63,663 nt of DNA, filler included, from Olpidium bornovanus S191 (GCA_017911155.1; 28 parts of 28 records of this genome joined end to end with filler, not necessarily neighbours in it), one strand, 5' to 3'; counted from the first letter of the whole stretch, positions 40,576 to 52,390 are shown. Notes: a model not told the origin generated them from the letters alone. Translations and numbers: made by a program.

Positions 40576-40913
40576 GCGTCGAAGCCCCGGCGGATACCGG
40601 CGCGGAGGACAGCGGACTCCCACCGGGCGGGGAAATCGCGCTCGGGCGAGGACGCAGGGCTTTTTGTGCTGCGGTACCTCTTACCGATTTCCTGCTGCAC
40701 CAAAACTCACCCATCGCCGCAATCCTGTTTCTTCCTGGGTGCGGTGCGCGCAGTGCCGACAACTCGCGAAGTCGCGTTGTTGCCTCACGGCTTTTCCTTC
40801 GATCGGCATTTCCGCCCATCGTCAAAACGACCGCTCGAGCGCACGACGCGTATCCCGGTGCGCCGCGTATCCCGCAAGGAAAGCAGGCCAGGACTGCGTG
40901 TGGAGAAGCGTGC

Positions 40914-42432
40914 ATGGAACATGTCGCGGCCGCCTCGTGGACCTGGACGCGGCCACAAAAAGTGCAGTCAAGAAGAAGGCGCGGACGAAGAAAAGACCGG
41001 CGCTTGGCCGGCTTGTGTATGTCAACACTCGCATCCCTCGTTCTTTTCGCGCACGCGAGCGCGGCAGGAGCCGACGACCCGACATTGGACGTGAGCGGCT
41101 TCGGAAGAGTGTACTATCAGGTTGGTGGAGGGCCAAGCGGTTGGCAAATCGTGTGAAATATTACGACGCCGCGACCTGCGATCGCTCACGCCGGCACTTG
41201 CCCAGAGTTTGGAGGACGACAGCTCGTCCTTCTACGTGAGACGACCGGTGAGATAGACTGGAAAATCAATTGTGCCCATCGAAACGGGATCGGCCGTTCA
41301 CCTTGCCGGATCCAAGTTCCTTTTAGGGTACACGACGGCAGTTTCGAATGTCACTTGGGTACTCCCGCCAACGTGCAGCATTACCACCAACCTGACAGCA
41401 TCGGGTGCGACAGCGCTCGCTCAGTGCTCAGCACGTGGAGCCTCTCGGTTCGGGGTGTATGCGGACGGGGACACGTCAAAGTTGGACGCGTTCTACATTA
41501 CCTTTCAGGAAGATCTCGGCTGTTACACTTGGGTTTTCGGCATTGGCGGGAGTGACGGAGCGGCGCCAGGTCAACTCGTGCCGAACAGTCGCTCGTGGGG
41601 TTACATCTGGGCGGTGGACTGGGCAGTGGCCACAGCTTCCGAGAAGAAGAGTATGGCGACTGCACCATCGAAGGTGCGCGGTGCTCGGGCGTGCGACCGG
41701 ATAAATATGCACGGACCTTGCACTCACCTAGCGTGATGCGGGCCACTATCAGATTTCAATGCTCATATCCGACGGATTACACAACCTTGGGGAGGAGCCG
41801 ACCGTCAATGTTTTGCATAACGTCAACGTAAATTTCACCGGAACCACTTGGCTGGAGACAGAATCGTAAGAAGATATCCGCCGTTCCTACCGCCCGACAA
41901 GGAAATGTACGAAAGCTAACTCCGGCCTTCGTAGTATTTGGATGGTGAATTTCACCACCGGTGAGCCAGGGCTATATGCCACAGAGATCAACGGGAAGGG
42001 CATTTCTGTTCTCAATTGCAAAGTCCGCTCCGCGAAGGTAGCCATCCCGGTACTTAAGGTGGGTTGCCGACGCTTTTGTTACCACGGATTATCCGCACAC
42101 AATACGAGGTTGGTGAACCCCCTGGGTGGAAGCATATCTGACACTTAGGTGTTTTACCCTGCTGTCAGTACTTAGCCCCCTACAATGCGATGTACACCAG
42201 TCTTAAATCGACGCCCGCTGCGTCAGGGATCCCGTTTTCAATCGCGATAGATCCTTGTGCGCCCAACGTCAACTACGTAGTCGGCGGCGACTACATAGGG
42301 TCCGAGGCAGGCATGAACCTGGCTACCACTCAGTTGGGGCTACCGCCATCTCTTGAGAACCCGAACGGCACAGTGCTGCTGTCACTAACGCAGCTTGCAT
42401 CGAGTCTGCCTGCGGATGCGAGCCGCACGATC
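40914..42432 (+). CDS. CATSPERE: CatSper channel auxiliary subunit epsilon (delta/epsilon family) homologue, N-terminal extracellular part; exons about 40914 or 41019-41120, 41257-41673, 41753-41865, 41935-42037 (or 42058), 42169-42432; 3' truncated
   Basis: A signal-like N-terminus is followed by collinear motif matches to human CATSPERE as recalled: WVLPPTC..QCSARG / WSVPETC..RCSSPG; GCYTW / TCFLW; IWAVD / VWAYD; PSKISMLISDGLHNLGEEP / PSINSIVLSTQMATLGQKP; EINGKGISVLNC / EIRGNQVTFQDC. All introns are GT-AG and frame-consistent. Confidence 0.78.
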
Positions 42433-42912
42433 NNNNNNNNNNNNNNNNNNNNNNNNNNNNNNNNNNNNNNNNNNNNTTAATTAATTAANNNNNNNNNNNN
42501 NNNNNNNNNNNNNNNNNNNNNNNNNNNNNNNNCATGTCGCTACGCAATTCTCGAGTTTCTGACACAGCTCTCGACTCGCCCAGCTCAAACTGCGTCAGCA
42601 GCTGCAAAGCTCCGTGGTGCCGTGTCGGCGGCTGCGGCAATCATTTCCGTTGCTTTGTCGGCGGCTGCACGGGGGGCTCTCTTTGGCAGCGCGACCCCCA
42701 GTCGCCTCGCGAAGCTCCTTTCCATAGTTGCCACGAGACTTCTCGGTGCCGCCGTCACGGACTGCCAACACAGATCATTCGAAAAGCAGCGGGGGCTATA
42801 TTGCTTCCGTCGGGCCGTTAATGGGATTGTTTCTCGCCATCTTATCAGCGCGTTACATAGTTGGTGTGCTTTCTTGGGAAAGCACCTTACGACCGAAAAT
42901 TTTGTGTCCTGC

Positions 42913-42970
42913 TCGAATACGCCTCGAATACATCTCGAATACGCGTTCGAGGTGTATACATCGAATACAC
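42913..42970. repeat. Four closely spaced TCGAATAC motifs
   Basis: Direct inspection. Confidence 0.6.
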
Positions 42971-43438
42971 CTACGCGCCTGTGCAAAGGTGGGATAATAA
43001 AGTGCCAAGATTTGTCTGACTAAGCAATGGCACAAGTACTGGAGGGAGGTGTGTGTGAGAGAAAGAGAGACCCTTTGAAATTTCCGTGGTTTTCATCCGG
43101 CGGAGGGGAAGGTGCGGGGGGCGGTTGGTGGTAAAACGTGTTTCCGCTCGCAGAAAGGCTGGGCGGCCCCTCCCCCACGCCCGCCCTGCACAGGCCGGTC
43201 GGAGGGGGAGGATGATGGCTAAAGCGGATTTTTTTTCCCCAACCCGCTGCTTCCTTTTCTTTCCCCCCTCCTCCCGTTCTTCCCCTTTTTTCCCTCAAAA
43301 AACAACCGCGTAACGCGCCCACCGCAATTTTTTTTTTCTTTTTCGTTTTTTTCCTTTGTTATTCATTTGTTCCGGAGTCGCCCACACCCCCCCCCCTTCG
43401 CTCTCCTCCTCCCAAACTCCCAACCACCCCGGAGCGCG

Positions 43439-43570
43439 ATGTCGTCTCAGGACATCGCCACGGCGGGAAACGTCCTCAGCCTGATCGGATGCGGGGTGAT
43501 CATCGCCTCGTACGTGGTTGGGCAGAGAAGGCGGAAGCAGGCCGGGCAGAGCGGCGGGATGGCCGCCGGG
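43439..43570 (+). CDS. N-terminus (TM1) of a probable cAMP-receptor-like / Git3-like GPCR, truncated
   Basis: MSSQDIATAGNVLSLIGCGVIIASYVVGQRRRK has a short N-terminus, the 'LS..G...II.SY' TM1 pattern and a basic first loop. Confidence 0.5.
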
Positions 43571-43670
43571 NNNNNNNNNNNNNNNNNNNNNNNNNNNNNN
43601 NNNNNNNNNNNNNNTTAATTAATTAANNNNNNNNNNNNNNNNNNNNNNNNNNNNNNNNNNNNNNNNNNNN

Positions 43671-44075
43671 AGAATAAGTTGTTCACGTGTTACAGCTTTA
43701 TGGATTGAAACAGGCCGGGAGGGCCTGGGCTATAAGGCTGACGGCAGCTCTGGAGAAAATTGGCTTTCGCAGGCTGGACTCTGACCATGGAGCATATATC
43801 AGACACGGCGACGGCGCGTGGAATTTAACTGGGGTGGACGACCTAATCCTGTTCGCGACAAGCGGAAGCCACCGAATGAATAAAGAAAGACCTGTCGCGG
43901 GAGTTTGGCGTCACGGCTGCCGGAGAGCTGAAATCGGCCCTTGGGATCCGTTTCTCGAGGAACTGGGAGTCCCAAACAATCGACATCGATCAGGAGGCAT
44001 ATATCAAAGACCTCGCACGGGCTCACGGCCAGGCCGCTACAAAACCTGTCACAACGCCAGGGGGCTTAGCTGAAA
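43671..44075 (+). pseudogene. Decayed copia reverse-transcriptase fragment
   Basis: LYGLKQAGRAW...GVDDLILFA, then after a frameshift KKDLSREFGVTAAGELKSALGIRF...DQEAYIKDL. Confidence 0.85.
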
Positions 44076-44711
44076 ACACTGTTCCCGACTAATGAGGTAA
44101 GGGTGTAGAGGCTCTGCATCAATGCGAGAGTCTCTGAAAGCAAACGAACGGGACGGCCTTTCGAATTTTCCAGCGCGCCTCCGGTTTGGACTGGGAAAAG
44201 GTTTAGATTAAGGAGTTGGGATTTTGCCGTGATGTTCAGTAGTTGAGACAATCGAACCGGTCAAATTGGTGTGATTCAGATGACGTCTTGAAGACATTTC
44301 CAACGTCGTCCCTGATTCTGATGCCGCACAACACGCTTGCCGCGTAGACCGCAGTCGTTCGCCGCCAGTGCCGGCGCCTGAATTCCACCTGGGCCGCTCC
44401 TGCACTCGTCCTCTCCGCCCTCTCCGAGCCCGTTGCCCTCTGAAATTTTCCGTTTTTTTTTCGGGGTTCCCAGGAGGCCTCGTCCGCCGGAGGGACCGCC
44501 CGTCGTTGCGGGGGGCGCTCGCGAGGCGTCGGCGGCGGGCGAGTTCTGCGCTGCGCCATCCCAGCGGCCGCGCGTCGTGTTCCCACCGGCGGCACGCACG
44601 ACAAACGCCCGCGGCGAGAGCAACGAGCGCAGACACCGAGCGCCGTGACCACCCCCGCAAAACGCGCGCCGATCCCCCCCTTTCCTCCTCCCGGCAAAAC
44701 CACAGCGGCAG

Positions 44712-45480
44712 ATGGACGCACGCCGGCGCGCGAAGCGGCCGCAGGAAGAAGGGCACGAGCCGGTCGCTCCCGGCGCCCCGAAGCCCAAAGCCGCTGCGGC
44801 GGATCTTTCGACGAAGAAGGCGAAAAGGACCAGAGCGCAGAGGCTGCTCGCTGCGGCCCCCTACATCGCGGTGGCCGCTGGCACGGCGTACTTCGCTGAC
44901 CTCCGCAGTGTCTTGCTGGACAAGGAGGCCAGGTTGCACTGGTAAACGGAGAGGAGGGAAGGGGGGCGGGGGTGGGGGTAATGGCGGTAAAATGTCCCCA
45001 AGACACGAGAAGGGATCACGTCGTCCGTGCGACGCCGCGTTCCCGGTTGTCAGAAAAGGGAAGCTTATGCGTCCATGTTGCTTTCCCGCAGGGCCTTTCT
45101 CGCCATCTCAGCCCTTTGTGCCGCGTGTGTGGTTCTTGTATTCGTTTACCTCAGTGTCTTCATTCCCCTTACCACCGGACGAGCAATTGGTACTTTCCGG
45201 TCTCGGCATGCAGTGCTTTCTCCAGCAAAACCCTCGCTGTTACCATCCTGACGTCTTTGTCGAAACGCAGATCTGTCGCGGTACCCGACGACGGCTCCAA
45301 AAGCAATTCCGCTGGCCACGGCGCTGAGCTGCATATCGTTTTTCACCGCTGTCATAGGCCTGTGGCCTGCCTACGGCATATGGACGTCTCTCCTTATCCT
45401 CGTCGGTTAGTGTTCGCTTTTTGCAACGCCCGTGCGATCTGTTCGAAGCTTGTTCCGGCGCTTATCAGGTTTGGCATCTT
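44712..45480 (+). CDS. TMEM128: TMEM128-like small multi-pass membrane protein, spliced (first intron 44942-45091); 3' end approximate
   Basis: YIAVAAGTAYFADLRSVLL...W|AFLAISALCAACVVLVFVYLSVFIPL...AIPLATALSCISFFTAVIGLWPAYGIWTSLLILV parallels the TMEM128 'TYYVDF...LIPITTA...ALWHVWSFFTP' layout. Confidence 0.6.
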
Positions 45481-46562
45481 TGCGGTTCGGGCCGCGAGGA
45501 CAGAATTTCTTGGGTTCGTTTCCTTTATCACTGTATTCTGAAGGTTAGAAGTTCTGGATGTCGGGTTCTTTGTTGTCGTTGGCGCCTTCACACTTTGGGC
45601 GGGCCCAGCCCAGAATCCGGCGGGCTCTGTGCGCCCGTTTTGCGCACCTTCGGCACCCCGCAGAGAACTGTTGCGCGAGCTTGGGCCAGAGTGTATCGGA
45701 AAACGGCGATGTTTTGCCTCCGGTAGATTGAGCGCTTCCTCTTGGCCGCCGTCGCGGAAAGAGCATCTCCTTCCAAGGCCGGTCCGAACAGTGCGCATAT
45801 CTCGATTGCACCCTGGAGATAACCAGGGTAACGCGGACGTGGCCTCGCAAGCGCGCGAGGAACCATCTGGCGTTCACCTACGCAGTCTGCACAGATAAAT
45901 GCATCGCAAATATCAGATGCCGCGCAGCTCGATCCCAGTTTCGCCCCGCTTAGCTCCCGGTTGTTTCAAACAAAAATTCATTTGAGGTCACCCGGTTTCT
46001 GAGGTGGCGCTATTTTGCTTTCAGGCTTGTTTCCAAATATGCGAACCAGGTTCGTTCCGTCGCCGGGAAAGATGGCTAGGTAGCACGGCGCGCTCTCCTC
46101 GGTCCCAGTGGCCTCGTTTCGAGCGGGAAACAGACGCAGAACTGACCGCTCGCGTCTCCGTGGGATGAGAAAGCAGAGCAACCGCCAACTTGTCTCCAGT
46201 CAGCGGTGTGCGCGCGGACGGTCGTGTCGCGCGCTGCCGCAAAAGATCTGCGCCCAAAAAACCAAAGGCGCCGAGAGATACAGCCTTTTGGCGAACGACA
46301 GCGGGACAGTTACGTCGACAATCTGGCGGCATCGCGCCAAAAGGGCGCCGCCTCCGCCGAATTCCGGCAGAGCAGGCCGCCTTCGCGGGCCGCCGCGGCC
46401 CCGACAGCGCGCAAAAGCAATCTGCAGCAATGCGAATTAAAGGCCTGTGCGGATGAAAATCCCGGCCTGATCTCCTCCACCCGGCGCGGGCTGAGTCTAA
46501 ATGGGGCGTGTGAGGCGTCGCGGCGTGCGCGGCACCCAGGGAGGATCCGAAGACCGGCAGGG

Positions 46563-46597
<35 letters not shown>

Positions 46598-46635
46598 CCC
46601 CCCTTTTCCCCCCCCCCCCCCCCTCCCACCCCCCC

Positions 46636-46671
<36 letters not shown>

Positions 46672-46815
46672 ACCCCCCCCCCCCACCCCCCCCCCCCCCC
46701 CCCCCCGCCCGCCACNNNNNNNNNNNNNNNNNNNNNNNNNNNNNNNNNNNNNNNNNNNNTTAATTAATTAANNNNNNNNNNNNNNNNNNNNNNNNNNNNN
46801 NNNNNNNNNNNNNNN

Positions 46816-48246
46816 CCCATGTGCTTGTACTGCCGGATTTTGCTCTTGAGCACCGCCTTGTGCTCGCGGGCCTGCTCTTGCGCCTCGGGGCCAACCTGCT
46901 TGTCTAGCATCGTCCGGAGCTGGAGGTATAGCTTCTCTTGCTCGGATAGCAGACGTTCTTTCTGCTCGAGCTCCTCAGACCGCAAGATAATCCGCCGTTG
47001 CAGCGTTTGCAGGAGTTGGATGTTGTCGAAAAGGGCCGGGTCGGACCCGTCCAGCCGCCTCCACCGGTGGATGTTGACGGTGTTGGCAAGTTCGTCCTCG
47101 AGGGCCTTCTGCCGGGCCTGCTCCCGGAGGAGTTCGCCCTGCAGGTGGCACGCGCTCATCTTCACGAATTTGAGCCGGGAGGTGTTTGCGCCCAGCTCGT
47201 ACTTGCGTTTCCTAAGTTTCGAGATCTCGCTCCGCAGCATCCGCATCGTCGCCATCCGCTCCGCGTACTGCTTCTCGCTCTTGACCATTGTCGACGCGTT
47301 TATCTTGATCTGGTCGTACACCCGCCCCAGCTCCTTCTCCTGTGCCATCAGCTGGCTCGACAGGTTGTCCCTCTCCGAAATCAACAGCTTGAGCGCCATC
47401 TCCTGGCGGCCGCGCTCCACCTCCGACTCCTTGACGAAGTGATTCAACCGCATGGACTCGTTCGCTTGCGCCTTGATGTACGCGTAGGCGAGTTCGGACT
47501 GATGCTTGAGATTTTTGATCTCGTCGTTGATGAGCTCCGTCTCCTCTTTGAGTTTTTCGTGGTACGTGCCTTCTTTCGTCAGAGCCGCCTCTTTCGCGGT
47601 AATGTCCTCCTTGAAACCGCTGATCTGGAAATTCATGATCTTCAACTCGCGTTTCATTTCCAGAATCTCGGCTTGAGCATTCACCAGGTGTTTGCTGTGC
47701 AAGTTGCGGTCGGATTGGACAGCCTCGTACAGGTTGTGCTGGTGCTTCAACTTCGTCTCGGCGTGCACCGTACGTTTTTTGTATTCGAAAAGCTGGGTCT
47801 CCTTAGACCGGATCTGGCCCAGCAGTGCGACCATGTTGGCTTGGATTGCCAGTTTGTCGCGCACGTATCCTTCCCGATCTTCGATGATCCTGCGGCGCTC
47901 CTTCTTGTGTCGCTTCCATTCGGCGCAGATGCGTGCAATATTGATCTCGAAGTTCTGCCTCGTCGTTTCGAGCACCCCGGAGATGGAATGGAGGCGCCGG
48001 GCTTCGACCTGACGGTTCCGCGAGGTGGACTTGACAAGGTCGAGCTCCCGCCGAGCGTCGTCAACGAGCTTCCGCTGGGCTTCGATGGCCCGCCTCTGCT
48101 CCTCGATTTCGCAAACGTACAAGTCCATGCGGTTGCGCAAAGCCTGCCGCTCGCTCTCGGCCTCTTGCTTGTGCTGGTCGAACCCGGCCATCTTCTGCAT
48201 CACCCCTTCACGAATCTTGTTAATCCTCTTGCCCTCCGACTTCTGC
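46816..48246 (-). CDS. CFAP58: CFAP58 (CCDC147)-like axonemal coiled-coil protein; open, intron-free frame across the whole contig, both ends truncated
   Basis: NLYEAVQSDRNLHSKHLVNAQAEI...KEDITAKEAAL and IHRWRRLDGSDP...EKLYLQLRTMLDKQVGPEA are characteristic of the CFAP58 C-terminal half. Confidence 0.85.
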
Positions 48247-48346
48247 NNNNNNNNNNNNNNNNNNNNNNNNNNNNNNNNNNNNNNNNNNNNTTAATTAATT
48301 AANNNNNNNNNNNNNNNNNNNNNNNNNNNNNNNNNNNNNNNNNNNN

Positions 48347-50072
48347 CATGAGAAGAGCGAAGCGGCGTTGCTGTCGTAGTGTATAGCTCAAGTGACCATA
48401 CCGTAAAATAAAACGCCGTCAGATGCAACATATACAGAATCTGATCGGGGGGGGGGAACATAAAATAAAGAGAAACACCGACAGGTTATGAGCCCAACCG
48501 TCGATTCCAAAGACCTTCCCTGACTCCGACGGTGATTGAAGCGCGAGAAGAACGGCCAGGGAGACGCGCTTTACGCCGCCTGATAACGTAGCTCCTCTCT
48601 CGCCCCGCCACGAATTTGCTTTCGACGCCGTCGGACAGCCAAGCGAAAGGAGCGATGGGACCAGCGCAGCGACTCCGACACGCTTCACACCTCCGAACAC
48701 CTCCGTCATGATTTCCAACACTCGCAACAGCGATATGGCAACCCGAAGCAGGGCTTCCTTACCAGAGAAAGAACACGGAGAGAGCGACTACGACTACCGC
48801 CAACGTCTGGCGGCTCGCGTTTGGGGACCGGGCAGAAAACCCAGCGCGCACAGCGTGTCTGAACATGACTCTGCCGGCACCGGTGCCCGTGACACCGCCG
48901 ACACTGAAGCTGCTGGAGACAACCCCCGACGCATCCATATTCACGATTCTTCCGCCCACCTTCCGGAGAATCCACCCCCCGCACCGGCAAAACAGGAACC
49001 GCAGTTCCCCATGCCCGGCGGACTCTATTATTCCGTGCATTGACACAAGTACAGCACCCAAGACGACGTGTTTTACGACGTCCAAGACAAAGACACAACG
49101 CCCTATTTCGACCTTCATGGTACCCGTCCACGTGCTTACACTGATGGTTTCGGCGGGGCAACCGCTGTCGCCGGCCAGGTAGCACCAGTCCCGTTCCCGG
49201 AATCCTCGCACAGTACTCAAGGTGATGTCAGCGACCCAGTCGCTGTCGTCGGCCACGGTACTGACCACGACCAGCCCCCAAATCGACGAGATCGTTCCGA
49301 CTCCTGTGTCGCCGGTCGGCCCGGTGTCACTCGAGAGGAACTCCATTATGATCGAAATCGCGCAGTCAGCACTCTTCCGGCCGTCGGGGTACACTTCCTC
49401 CACCATGACTACCCCGCATATACCGCCTGGAAGCAGCAGAACCAGCTCGAATCTCCGACGATCGAGCAAGATCATCGATATTTCTGCATGTGGATACCCA
49501 TGCAGCACTCCGGCACAAAGTCCGATCTCGCCCAGCTCATGCGCATTAATACTGCCCGACAGCCCGCGTCGCACAGATACGTCGAAACCGTACACCGGTC
49601 GGCGGCTGCCACGGGTCACTACCAACGTCCGACGACGACGATGCCACTCAGGTTCGTCGTGACCGAGACCGCCGCCGCAAGGACCATCGGCAGCGACCGA
49701 ACGCTTCGAGCTCCGATCGACTCCGATAACTCTCTAGAAACCGCACGAGCTGCCCGGGACGCGGGGAAGATTATGTTCCCTGATATCAAGATATATGACA
49801 GTTCGGGAGGACCCCAATGACTCCTCCTCTTCGAAGACAAGATCGACGAATACCAAGACACCCTCCGTCACCCCCAACGCATTCTCATGCGCATCGCCGT
49901 TCAGAAACTCGGTCGAGACGCGCACAACCTTTATAAAGCAAACAAGACGCAGTTCCCTGGTCCTGACGACCCACTGCGCATTCAGAACTGGAACAAACTC
50001 AAAGCCGCGCTCCGTGGCAGGTTTCTGCCAGTGGATTTTGAAATCCGACAATACAGCTCTCTCCTACAATGC
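48347..50072 (+). mobile_element. 5' end of an LTR retrotransposon: LTR tail (to 48483), PBS, and a gypsy-type gag frame (48708-50072) with two in-frame TGA stops
   Basis: ...CCGACA is directly followed by GGTTATGAGCCC. A single frame is broken at 49041-49043 and 49818-49820 and ends WNKLKAALRGRFLPVDFE (Retrotrans_gag-like). Confidence 0.8.
48484..48495 (+). promoter_or_regulatory. Primer-binding site GGTTATGAGCCC (internal initiator-tRNA-Met / half-tRNA type)
   Basis: It directly follows an LTR-terminal CA and is nearly identical to the Drosophila copia PBS GGTTATGGGCCC. Confidence 0.7.
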
Positions 50073-50426
50073 NNNNNNNNNNNNNNNNNNNNNNNNNNNN
50101 NNNNNNNNNNNNNNNNTTAATTAATTAANNNNNNNNNNNNNNNNNNNNNNNNNNNNNNNNNNNNNNNNNNNNGAGCTGAGACCACCCGGAGCGGTGTGGG
50201 TGTGACCTTCCACGGAAGATAGAAAGTCCGGCCCGCCTGTCAATCGGGGAAGGAGTCGACGTTACCATACCCGAGCTGCGCAATGTTTCGGCACGCAAGC
50301 GACAGCAGGCACCCGCCGGACCTGCTGTTCAATTCCTGAGCCAAATCTTGTTTTTGGCGGACGAGGGCGGAACGGCAGGACTTGAACGCGGGGAAGGGCG
50401 GAACCGTATTGCTTTTTGGTTCGCTT

Positions 50427-50465
<39 letters not shown>

Positions 50466-50749
50466 CGCTTCCGTTCGATCGACCGTCGGCACCTTCGACT
50501 TGCCGTCGTGCGAAAAGTCGTGTGACTCATGTTCTGACAGATTCCCGTCCTGCCGTTTAGAGAAACGCTGGCCAGGCGAGTGATGCGGAATATGATGAGC
50601 CGCAGAAAACCGCGTAAGCCGCCAGCGTGGGAGGCGTTGCCAACTCGTGGACGACGACGGCTTCGAGGGTATCTTTACCCAACCAAACCCGAGTGGCGTT
50701 CGCAGCCCGTGTTGACACGAAGTCTTTCGTGCAGAGAGTACACTCCTCC

Positions 50750-51567
50750 ACAAGGCTATGCGGCGTTCACCGCGAAAACACGGTCGGGTCACTTTCATGA
50801 ATCTGTACTCGACGGGAAGGAGAAGGATAAGGAATTATGGTTGATAAGGCTACCAGACAAGGTACAAAATCGACTTCGCTCCGGCGGTAACGGGAGACCT
50901 ATCTGCTCTTTCTCAACCCATTTTCGAATCATCGCCAGCTGGCTGACTCGTCCGTCCGTCCTTCCCCAGCTGCGTCTCGACTCACTTAACGGCGTTACGA
51001 TCAAGATCCCATCGAAGCCCACGACGGCCTCAGATGTCCTGACGACCGTGGAGTCGAACTTGCACGCCTTGAACCACGCACGGTATTCCCTACGGCAAGT
51101 TCCGTCCGAAGCTGCCGGCGAGATGGTCGCCTTGGAGCCCCTTATACCGTCCGCGCGGGGGAAGGTCGTGCGGTCGAGGGCAGGATTTGCGAGGTACTTC
51201 GTATTGTCGAAGGAAGTTGACTTCCCGGATGCCGCGAAAGCGGCGCAAGACGCGCGACACCGGCCGTTCGAAGTGAAACGACAGCCAGAGGGGCTGAAGA
51301 TGCGCTTCAAGCCGTACGGCTTCGACAGTGAGCCGGTGCTAGACGACGAACGGGCAGTAAACGAAGTGTTGGAGCAGACGCCTGGACAGGTACCGAAGGG
51401 TAAATTCTGGCGCTGGTCGAACTCGTCGCAGCGGCCTGCCAGATCTTCATGCGGCTGACTTTGGCTGGGCCACCTGGTTCTCTCCGGTTCTACTTTTTGC
51501 CGATTTGCGCGCGCCGCAGGGAAGACAAGCGAAAAGAAGAAAACGAAGAGAAAGCGCCCTGCGGAAC
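50750..51567 (+). CDS. RPA34: RNA polymerase I subunit RPA34 (A34.5), spliced, partial
   Basis: YTPPQGY...KELWLIRLPDK|LRLDSL...EM..L.PLIP...KRQPEGLKMRFKPYGF, then a Lys-rich start at the contig edge. Confidence 0.8.
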
Positions 51568-51785
51568 NNNNNNNNNNNNNNNNNNNNNNNNNNNNNNNNN
51601 NNNNNNNNNNNTTAATTAATTAANNNNNNNNNNNNNNNNNNNNNNNNNNNNNNNNNNNNNNNNNNNNGAGTCGAAATCGAAGCGGAAATCGAGTGGAAAC
51701 GGGGTTCGAAGCTAAGATAATCGAAGGCGGGGGTCGATGTCCGCCGAGGCCATTTTGGGCGCCGACAGCACGGTACGGGCGCTCC

Positions 51786-52268
51786 ATGCGGGGCGCGTCG
51801 TGCAAGGGCGTGCCGTGCAGGGGCGTGCCGTGCATGGGCATACTGTGCGTGGGCGCGCCGTGCACACAGGGCGTTCGGCGGCATGGGATCTTATGTGTGA
51901 TTCCACGTGGGTGCGCCGGGCGTGCGGGCGTGCCCGCTGCGCGGGCACGCCGAGCGTGTGAGCCCCCCTGCATGAGGCCGCCACGTGCCAAGGGGGGGAT
52001 GGCCACACCAGGCAAGGGGGCGGTGTGGGCCCGCACGCCGCAACGCCGCGCGTGTGTGTGTTGTGTGCGCGAAGTCGGAGAGCACGCTGCTGCGACATGC
52101 GCGCGAAGTCGGAGAGCACGCTGCTGCGACCCCCCCCCCCTTTCCGGCACGGAAAGTACCGTGAGGATAGTGGCGGGGTGAAAGTGATGGCAGGGGTGGT
52201 GTTGTCGTTATTTTCGCCCGGAGGGAGTGTCGTCCGGCGGTGTCGTCCGGCAGGGGCGGCTTCTCCGT

Positions 52269-52306
<38 letters not shown>

Positions 52307-52390
52307 CGTCCGGCGGGGTTTCGTCCGGCGGGGGTTTGTCCGGCGGGGTTTCGTCCGGCGGGGGGTTGTCCGGCGGGGGTTCGCCCGGCA
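51786..52390. repeat. Cluster of short tandem and direct repeats: 15-bp GGGCGTGCCGTGCA-like array (51786-51870), 30-bp duplication (52067-52129) and 15-bp GTCCGGCGGGGTTT-like array (52307-52390)
   Basis: Direct inspection. Confidence 0.75.

Noticed and set aside
46998-48302. Long antisense ORFs (also 53927-55246, 12405-13667, 48759-49625 and 30948-31559)
   Set aside because: They are shadows of real GC-rich coding sequence on the opposite strand and have no motifs of their own.
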